Positions 57,433 through 64,000 of a stretch of 64,000 nt of DNA are shown here, piece by piece (positions within the stretch are counted from its first letter, which is position 1; each line of letters starts with the position of its first letter). A program made the translations under genes and the position numbers. Source of the DNA: an uncultured Eubacteriales bacterium. GTDB lineage: Bacteria > Bacillota > Clostridia > Oscillospirales > CAG-272. Where the stretch lies: positions 3,343 through 67,342 of the forward strand of contig CAKRQU010000007.1 of assembly GCA_934394585.1 (NCBI GenBank), read 5' to 3'. The notes under the pieces were generated by a model. It did no database searches, was not told where the DNA came from, and saw nothing but the letters and a program-made list of their open reading frames with translations.

Positions 57433-58783
57433 TAATTCCGGAAAATTTTCCCGCATAGTATCGTTTATTCTTCTTATATGCTTTGTTCTGGCTTTTGCCT
57501 GCGGTTGTTCCGAAGGCAAAAAGCCGGACGAAACAACGGCTTCCGGCACAAAACCGACGGAAATCACATACAGAGATTATGTATCGGAGCTTACGCTCAA
57601 CATGTATTCCGAAACGGTGAAGCAGGAAGTGACCGTAAAAAGCTATGTCGATGGCGATACGACGCATTTTTACGTTCCCGAATCCGTGTCGGAAACCGGT
57701 GTGCTGAAGGCGAGATATCTCGCCATAAATACGCCGGAATCCACAGGAAAAATCGAGGAATACGGTAAAGCGGCTTCTAATTTCACAAAAGAGAAGCTGA
57801 TGAATGCGGATTCCATAATAGTGGAATCCGACAGTGAAAAGTGGAATATAGATTCCACCGGTTCCAGATATCTTGTCTGGGTATGGTATAAGCCGCACGG
57901 CGAAACCAATTACCGCAATTTAAATCTTGAGATATTGCAAAACGGGCTTGCGCTCGCTTCCTCCACCGCGAATAACCGCTACGGCGATGTGTGCATGTCG
58001 GCACTCAATCAGGCAAAAGCCCAAAAGCTGAAGCTTTATTCGGGAGAGAAGGACCCCGATTTCTATTACGGCGAGGCGATAGAGCTCACGCTCAAAGAAA
58101 TACGTCTTGATCCCGCGAAATACGAGGGCAGCAAGGTCGCTTTTGAAGGTGTTGTCACCACGGATAGCAACAACAGCATTTATCTCGAAGATTACGATGC
58201 GGAAACCGATATGTATTACGGCATGACCGTATACTACGGTTTCAATCTCAACGGAGTCGGTCTTGATATAATCTCTGTGGGCAACCGCGCGAGAATAGTC
58301 GGCACGGTTCAGTATTATGAAACGGGCGATATATATCAGGTGGCGGGGCTTTCATACAGCATGATGCATCCGGATGACCCCTCCAATTTACGCAAGATAA
58401 GTGAAGGCAACAGCGCCGCGTATGTCGAAACATCTCCCGAAAAATTTGTTTCGGGTATGGTGTCTTTCGAAAATGACGACGGTGAAACGGCAGTACGACC
58501 GTATTCCGAAATGGCGCTCTATACAACGATTTGCATGAAAGGTCTGAGGGCAGAGAAAGTAATATATTCTTCCGATGACGGAGAGATGACCATTCTCTGC
58601 AAAGCGGATGACGGTACCGAAATACAGGTAAGAACCGAAGTTTTGCGCAAACCCGACGGCAAAATCGCAGAAGAGGCGGATTTCATCGGCAAAAATATGG
58701 ATATAAAGGGAATAGTCGATATATTCGCCGGCAATTATCAGATAAAAGTTTTTTCCTACAGCAATATAACATTCAACAATTAA
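57425..58783 (+). CDS. surface lipoprotein nuclease: SNase (thermonuclease) domain plus OB-fold-like C-terminal region
   Basis: Lipobox AFAC-GCS. SNase motifs VDGDTTHF and ARYLAINTPES. The start overlaps the SBP stop by 8 nt. Confidence 0.85.
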   Translation: MADNSGKFSRIVSFILLICFVLAFACGCSEGKKPDETTASGTKPTEITYRDYVSELTLNMYSETVKQEVTVKSYVDGDTTHFYVPESVSETGVLKARYLAINTPESTGKIEEYGKAASNFTKEKLMNADSIIVESDSEKWNIDSTGSRYLVWVWYKPHGETNYRNLNLEILQNGLALASSTANNRYGDVCMSALNQAKAQKLKLYSGEKDPDFYYGEAIELTLKEIRLDPAKYEGSKVAFEGVVTTDSNNSIYLEDYDAETDMYYGMTVYYGFNLNGVGLDIISVGNRARIVGTVQYYETGDIYQVAGLSYSMMHPDDPSNLRKISEGNSAAYVETSPEKFVSGMVSFENDDGETAVRPYSEMALYTTICMKGLRAEKVIYSSDDGEMTILCKADDGTEIQVRTEVLRKPDGKIAEEADFIGKNMDIKGIVDIFAGNYQIKVFSYSNITFNN

Positions 58784-58802
58784 ATAAACAAGGAGGCAAA
58801 CC

Positions 58803-60131
58803 ATGAAAAGATTAATAACTCTTGTTCTTGCACTTGTTCTTTGCCTGTCCGTGCTTGTAGCCTGCGGAAACGAACCCGCCGACACAACTTCAAAGCTCGA
58901 TCTTGCAAAAGAATATCTTTTTACAATGTATAAAAACTCTTCCGAGAAAGTTCTCAGAGATTTTAACCGCGTAAACAAGCTCAATATCGACGGTCAGTCT
59001 TTTGATGTGGAATGGACCGTGGAAATCACAGCCGGCGCCGCAGACAGCGTTAAAGTAGTTGCGGGCGATGGCAATACAGTAACAATAGACGTTACCGAAA
59101 ATCCCGAAGAAGAAATAAAATTCAATCTCGTCGGCACTCTCAAAGACGGCGACAAGACTGAAAAAGTAAGCTTTTCTCACTATGTTCCCGCAGTGGAAAA
59201 GGCAGGCGGCATAGAGCAGGTTAAGGAAGTTAAGGCAGATACCGCTTACAAATTCGGTCTGAAGCAGGGCAATCTTGAAAAAGATCTGTATTTCACAGGC
59301 GAAATGTCCGGCAATTACCTTGCCACCACAGATGATATAACAAAGGCTGTAAGCATATTTGCGGAAGAAGTTGAAGGCGGCTATCGTCTGTACTTCACAA
59401 AGGACGGCGCAAAGACTTATATCGATATCTATGAATACAAAGAGGGCAAAGCAGGCATCCGCCTCACGGCAGAGCCCACAGCAGTATTCACATGGAATAC
59501 AGAACTGAACCTCTTCACGGCAAATGTTATCGGTTCCGACTACTATCTCGGCACATATAATACCTACAATACGATCAGCGCAAGCGCTACGACGTATATC
59601 ACAGGAGACAATGCTTCCAAGATAGGTGTTTCTCAGTTCCCCGCATATCTTTTCACAGTGAAGCTCACAAATACAACTGTAAAAGAGCCTGCAGCAGATA
59701 CAGCTTACAAATTCATGCTCACACAGGGCAATCTTGAAAAAGATCTGTATTTCACAGGTGAAATGTCCGGAAATTATCTTGCTACATCCGAAGATGTGGC
59801 AGCAGCTGTCGATGTATACCTCGAAACAGTTGAAGGCGGCTACCGTCTGTACTTCACAAAGGAAGATGTAAAGACTTATGTCGACATTTATGAATACAAA
59901 GAGGGCAAAGCAGGCATCCGTATCACAGCAGAACCCACAGCAGTATTCACATGGAATGCAGAACTCGGCATTCTCACGGCAAATGTTATCGGTTCCGATT
60001 ACTACCTCGGCACATACAATACCTACAATACGATCAGCGCAAGCTCTACGACGTATATAACTGGCGACAATGCTTCCAAAATAGGCATTTCTCAGTTCCC
60101 CGCATATCTTGTTACCGTTGGTGTAAACTGA
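58803..60131 (+). CDS. lipoprotein with a tandemly duplicated ~141-aa domain, unknown function
   Basis: Lipobox LVAC-GNE. aa 145-285 and 298-438 are near-identical. Confidence 0.8.
   Translation: MKRLITLVLALVLCLSVLVACGNEPADTTSKLDLAKEYLFTMYKNSSEKVLRDFNRVNKLNIDGQSFDVEWTVEITAGAADSVKVVAGDGNTVTIDVTENPEEEIKFNLVGTLKDGDKTEKVSFSHYVPAVEKAGGIEQVKEVKADTAYKFGLKQGNLEKDLYFTGEMSGNYLATTDDITKAVSIFAEEVEGGYRLYFTKDGAKTYIDIYEYKEGKAGIRLTAEPTAVFTWNTELNLFTANVIGSDYYLGTYNTYNTISASATTYITGDNASKIGVSQFPAYLFTVKLTNTTVKEPAADTAYKFMLTQGNLEKDLYFTGEMSGNYLATSEDVAAAVDVYLETVEGGYRLYFTKEDVKTYVDIYEYKEGKAGIRITAEPTAVFTWNAELGILTANVIGSDYYLGTYNTYNTISASSTTYITGDNASKIGISQFPAYLVTVGVN
59235..60116 (+). repeat. in-frame tandem duplication (period 459 nt) inside the lipoprotein gene
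   Basis: 59235-59657 and 59694-60116 align without gaps at high identity. Confidence 0.9.
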
Positions 60132-60150
60132 TAGAATAAGCACAAAAATA

Positions 60151-60180
60151 AAAGAGGGCTTTTTGCCCTCTTTTATTTTT
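60151..60180 (+). terminator. intrinsic terminator of the importer/nuclease operon
   Basis: AAAGAGGGC-TTTTT-GCCCTCTTT followed by a T run. Confidence 0.85.
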
Positions 60181-60337
60181 GCGTATTGGAGTGCAGTTTT
60201 TTCGTTCCCTTCGAGGGGACGGAGGGGTATACTTTTTGCAAAAAAGTATCAAAAAAAGAAGTTACTTTCTCTACCGAGAAACGAGGTCGCGCTTTTCACT
60301 GACGAAGAGGAGGGCTCAAGGTGGCAGAGCCACTTCT

Positions 60338-60757
60338 GTCGCCTCGCGGCGACTCGTGCGAACATACTGCCACGACAGTCCGACCATAGATTAAACCGGA
60401 AGCGCGGTTCAGACCCCCCACTTAACACGGACTTTTGCCTGTTCAGACTTAGGCTTTAGCCGCCCCGTTTCGATGTTCATCAAGCCATGCTCGCTCCGTC
60501 GGAGTTTAGTCTATAGTGGGAAGTATATCAAAAGCCACGGCAGGAGCCAATCCACCCCGTCGAATCTGCTCGCTTTTTGCGGCATACTATGTTCGCACGC
60601 GCGGTATGGCTGATGATGCGCGGAGAGATAGACAAGGGCCTTTTGATTTGCTATATATAGCACTCACTTGCCGCGCATTACTTTTTGCGGCTAACTCGAC
60701 GGGGTGCGAGGTAGTTTGCAATGGAGGGCGAGGAGCCTTCCTTTGATGACTTTTGCC
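60338..60757 (-). ncRNA. candidate structured ncRNA core, copy C
   Basis: 420 nt. The reverse complement is collinear with 7579-7998. Terminal hairpin GTCGCC-GCGA-GGCGAC. It lacks the ~115-nt X module found 3' of cores A and B. Confidence 0.45.
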
Positions 60758-60887
60758 GCGCTTTTTGTCAGTAAAAAGCGCGACCCCGTCCACGGGCGAA
60801 CGCAGTCGCCCGCCCCTCTCTTGGTAAAGAGAAACTTCTTTTTGGTACTTTTCGTCAGTGAAAAGTACACCTTCGTCCCCACAGGGA

Positions 60888-60918
60888 CAAAAAAACACGG
60901 ACGGCAGATGCCGCCCGC
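60888..60918 (-). terminator. intrinsic terminator of the surE operon (lies inside repeat copy C)
   Basis: On the - strand, GCGGGCGGCATCTGCCGTCCGT (with a G.U pair only in this sense) is followed by GTTTTTTT. Confidence 0.75.
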
Positions 60919-60953
60919 TTCTTTTTTCTGTGCTTTTTATAAAAAAGCAATTC

Positions 60954-61673
60954 TTACAGATTTTTGATTTTTTCAAAAACTTTGTAGTCTGTCCTGTCCA
61001 GAGTGATCGGCGTGATGGAAATATATCCGTTCAACGCGGCGTCGGTATCTATGGAGAAATCCTTTTTGTCACGATGCACGGAATACCCCGACTGCCTGTA
61101 TGAATTTTCCGCCTCGAGCACAAAACGGTCATTATAATATCTGCCGCCCTGATGCGTGATATGAATTTCCTTTCCCGCGCAGGGGATATTTACATTATAA
61201 AGCGGGGAATATTCAAGCAGACGATGCGCCGAAAAATATTCTATCACTCTGTCGAGATGAGCCTCGGCGCCCGAAAAACCGTTTGGCTCGGTGGAAACTG
61301 CCACGGCACACATTCCTTCTGCATTTGCCTCAAAAATCGCGCCGACTGTGCCCGAATAAACCATATCTATGCCTATATTGAAGCCGTTGTTTATACCGGA
61401 AAGCACGAGATCGTATTTTGTCTCCAGTCCGAGCGTGGCAAAACGGACGCAATCCGCGGGAGTGGAATCCACGCTGTATGCCTTTATGCCGTCGAAAAGC
61501 CCGATTTGTTTTACTTCAAAAGCGCTGTGTATATTTATGCCCTGACTTTTGCCGCTTTGCTCGGATTTCGGCGCGGCAACGGTTACTTCTCCGTATTGCA
61601 TCGCTTTTTTTACAAGCACGGCAAGTCCGGGACTCATTATTCCGTCGTCATTTGTGATAAGTATTTTTTTCAT
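60954..61673 (-). CDS. surE: 5'/3'-nucleotidase SurE
   Basis: MKKILITNDDGIMSPGL is a canonical SurE N-terminus. Confidence 0.93.
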   Translation of the reverse strand: MKKILITNDDGIMSPGLAVLVKKAMQYGEVTVAAPKSEQSGKSQGINIHSAFEVKQIGLFDGIKAYSVDSTPADCVRFATLGLETKYDLVLSGINNGFNIGIDMVYSGTVGAIFEANAEGMCAVAVSTEPNGFSGAEAHLDRVIEYFSAHRLLEYSPLYNVNIPCAGKEIHITHQGGRYYNDRFVLEAENSYRQSGYSVHRDKKDFSIDTDAALNGYISITPITLDRTDYKVFEKIKNL

Positions 61674-62650
61674 AGCCAGCCCTCGTTATTTTCTTTGTAA
61701 TCCTTGATCATTTTGTCCGCATCGCAAAGAAGCGCTTTTAATTCGCGGCGGTTTGCCACAGTGCCGCCGGAAGCGCAGGCATGACCGCCACCGCCGTATT
61801 TTTCGGCGAGCTTATTTATTTCGACAAAACGCGAGCGCAGTCTTACGCGGAAAGCGCCTGTTTCTTCCTCGATGAAAGCTATCCATATAATACTGCCTTT
61901 TATGGAATTTATATATGAAACGCAATTGCATGCGCTCTCAAAGCTAAGCCCGTATTTTTCTATTACCGAGCGTGTGACTATGAGATAAGCCACGCCGTTT
62001 TCGGTGAGTTTCACTTTGCTCGTCATATTTGCACGGAAACGGAGCGTATCTATGCTTTCCGTATACAGATTTGAATAAAGCTTCTCTGTATCTATCGCAT
62101 TATCGAGCATGGAAGCGGCGAGACGCAGGGTTTCGCCCGTGGTACTCGAAAAACGAAATCTGCCCGAATCAGTTACCATTCCTGTATAGATATATTCTGC
62201 GGCTTTTTTATCGATTTTCAGTTCATCACGGAAAGCAAGATAAAAAAACGCTATCATTTCGCATGCGGACGAACGATAATCTTCTACCCACGAAAGGTCG
62301 CCGTAGGGTGATAAATCTATATGATGGTCTATTTTTATTATTTCGCTTGCACCGGATATTCCATTGTCGGAAATTCTGTCCGCAGTTGCCGTATCGGTAA
62401 CTATGGCGAGCGCGCCGCGATGCTCATCCTCGGATATGGGTGAGCCGCAATCGCCGAGAAATGCGATATATTCGGAAGCATCTTCCGCCGCCACTCTGAT
62501 ATCCTTTTCGGGAAAAGAGAGAGAGAGTATGCGCGCCAGACCGAGAGAAGAGCCGATGGCATCGCCGTCGGGACGTATATGGCGCGCGATGATTATTTTA
62601 TCATAGCTTTTTATTTTATCGAAAATAAGCTGCATCTGTTCGTTTTTCAT
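61670..62650 (-). CDS. DHH/DHHA1 phosphoesterase, NrnA-like (oligoribonuclease / pAp phosphatase type)
   Basis: Motifs ARHIRPDGDAIGS, DTA, IDHH and GGGGHACASG. Confidence 0.88.
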   Translation of the reverse strand: MKNEQMQLIFDKIKSYDKIIIARHIRPDGDAIGSSLGLARILSLSFPEKDIRVAAEDASEYIAFLGDCGSPISEDEHRGALAIVTDTATADRISDNGISGASEIIKIDHHIDLSPYGDLSWVEDYRSSACEMIAFFYLAFRDELKIDKKAAEYIYTGMVTDSGRFRFSSTTGETLRLAASMLDNAIDTEKLYSNLYTESIDTLRFRANMTSKVKLTENGVAYLIVTRSVIEKYGLSFESACNCVSYINSIKGSIIWIAFIEEETGAFRVRLRSRFVEINKLAEKYGGGGHACASGGTVANRRELKALLCDADKMIKDYKENNEGWL

Positions 62651-63588
62651 TTTTGTTCCTCCGCGAGATTTTCGAGATCATGAAGCATTTTCATTGCCGT
62701 TTCGCGGTCGGGAAGCGTGGCTCCGCTTGCTTTTGCATGGCCGCCTCCGCCGTATTTTACCGCTATCGGATTTATATTGTATTTTGCACTGCGTATCTCG
62801 CAGAGCACGCCTTCGCTTGTTTCCGTGAAATTCACCCAGTTGTCTATCCCGCGGATGTCGGACATGGTGCCTACCATTCCGCGCGATATTGTGAATGTAT
62901 CCATGCCCAGCTCTGCCACTTCGGAAGCGGTGGTATATATGTATGCCGTATTGTTTTTTGCGGGAGTTATTTTCAGCGTGAATTTCGCGCGCAGTTTTAC
63001 CATATCGAGATCATCGGCATACAGTCCGCGATAGATATCGGCGGTAGAAAAAGGCACCTGCATGAGAAAAGAAGCGAGGGAAAAGGTTTTTGCGCTCACA
63101 TTATCATAGCGAAATCTGCCGGAATCCGTCACCATGCCGGTATAAAGAGATTTTGCAGCGGTTTCGTTCAGCAAAAGTCCCGTTTCGCGTGCAAAATCCG
63201 CTATCATACCGCAGCAGCTTTCATAGCTCGGATCCGTTATTTCCGTATCGGCTATTTTTTCGCAGAAAATATGATGGTCTATGCGCAGGGTATGTTCCGC
63301 TGCGACATATCTGCCGTCCGAAATGAGCGAGCGTGCCGACGTATCGAGAATAACGGCGAGCGCGCCGCTATAATATTCATCCGGCACGATATCTGTCGTG
63401 CTGTCGTCCATAAAAGCATAGCGACCTGCCGCATCGCCGACGGTATAAACCTCTTTTTTCGGGAAATTTGCGAGTATTATATGTTTCAGACCGACCTGCG
63501 AGCCTATAGCGTCACCGTCGGGATTATAATGACGATGTATTATTATGCGATCGTATTTTTCGATAAGCTTCAGTGCGCTTTCAAACAT
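62647..63588 (-). CDS. DHH/DHHA1 phosphoesterase, NrnA-like, second paralog
   Basis: Motifs HRHYNPDGDAIGS, DTS, IDHH and GGGGHAKASG. ATGA overlap with the downstream paralog. Confidence 0.88.
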   Translation of the reverse strand: MFESALKLIEKYDRIIIHRHYNPDGDAIGSQVGLKHIILANFPKKEVYTVGDAAGRYAFMDDSTTDIVPDEYYSGALAVILDTSARSLISDGRYVAAEHTLRIDHHIFCEKIADTEITDPSYESCCGMIADFARETGLLLNETAAKSLYTGMVTDSGRFRYDNVSAKTFSLASFLMQVPFSTADIYRGLYADDLDMVKLRAKFTLKITPAKNNTAYIYTTASEVAELGMDTFTISRGMVGTMSDIRGIDNWVNFTETSEGVLCEIRSAKYNINPIAVKYGGGGHAKASGATLPDRETAMKMLHDLENLAEEQK

Positions 63589-63750
63589 ATCATGCTCCTT
63601 GAAAATTTATTTTTTTGTGTCTTTATATTTTAACATAAAATAATCCAAAAGTCAACTGCGATAAAGCAGCTGAAAATATCGGAATATTATTTACAAAACG
63701 GAGAATTTGTGATATCATTATTATGAATGCAAAGGCTTTGGAGGAGAAAA

Positions 63751-64000
63751 ATGGTAACCACAGTATATATAAACAGACCCGAAGATATAATGCAGCTGAT
63801 ACTTGAGCAGAAATTTGAAGAAAAGATAAACAGAAACAGATCGTATTTTCTTTACCGCGGGCTTTCGCGAAGCAAATTTCGCCTGGAAACCAGTCTTTAC
63901 CGCAATTGCCGCGGTATGCAGCAATCGCTGGAGCCGTGTATCCTGAGAAATTTCACCAAGTATGCGGAAATGCTCAATCCGGATCTGAAAACATCCGTCT
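63751..64000 (+). CDS. FRG-domain-like protein, N-terminal part (runs off the window)
   Basis: ATG 63751 lies 5 nt after GGAGGAG and the frame is open to the window end. YFLYRGLSRSKFRLETSLYR resembles the FRG domain signature. Absent from the ORF track because there is no stop codon. Confidence 0.6.
   Translation, partial: MVTTVYINRPEDIMQLILEQKFEEKINRNRSYFLYRGLSRSKFRLETSLYRNCRGMQQSLEPCILRNFTKYAEMLNPDLKTSV

Larger units (their letters stand above)
60184..60925 (-). repeat. composite non-coding repeat element, copy C (inverted orientation); ends approximate
   Basis: The reverse complement aligns with copies A and B. It carries the GGTACTTTTC-GTCAGT-GAAAAGTACC, GTCCCC..GGGAC and terminator modules at 60843-60918. 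Confidence 0.85.

Noticed and set aside
1-64000. CRISPR arrays, prophage, IS/transposase, integron, or recognised defence-system genes.
   Set aside because: No regularly spaced short direct repeats were seen. No transposase, integrase, phage structural or cas-like ORFs appear in any frame. The only dispersed repeats are the non-coding elements reported above.

Overview
The window reads as core chromosome of a spore-forming Clostridia-type Firmicute, with ylmC, spoIIGA and sigE present. Most of it is densely packed housekeeping genes, mainly on the + strand. These include a GH78 fragment, sbcD-like, pepP-like, efp, rpsB-tsf, asd, rsmA, murD, three tandem M42 peptidases, spoIIGA-sigE, rpmE and hflX. 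They continue with a dGTPase-like gene, dnaG-rpoD, prfA, tsaC, coaE and an M18 aminopeptidase. The window also holds four tRNAs, two MacB/FtsX-type ABC systems and a LytTR two-component system followed by a pair of ABC exporters. A six-gene CUT1-type ABC importer operon ends in a surface SNase-type nuclease and a lipoprotein with an internal duplication. It converges on a surE plus two DHH/NrnA-like gene operon. I found no CRISPR array, transposase, integrase or prophage genes. The main anomaly is a ~420-nt non-coding core present three times: 7579-7998 (+), 13711-14131 (+) and 60338-60757 (-). Each copy sits in a 0.8-0.9 kb gene-free gap and is flanked by a mosaic of short hairpin modules. 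A solo flank fragment lies at 16812-16897. The copies differ in an RNA-like way: frame-breaking indels, conserved stems, a GNRA loop that varies, G.U pairs specific to one sense, and long-range complementarities. I could not match the core to any RNA or mobile-element family I know. I propose it as a candidate novel structured ncRNA and/or non-autonomous mobile element. All coordinates and identities were worked out by eye, and no database search was possible.
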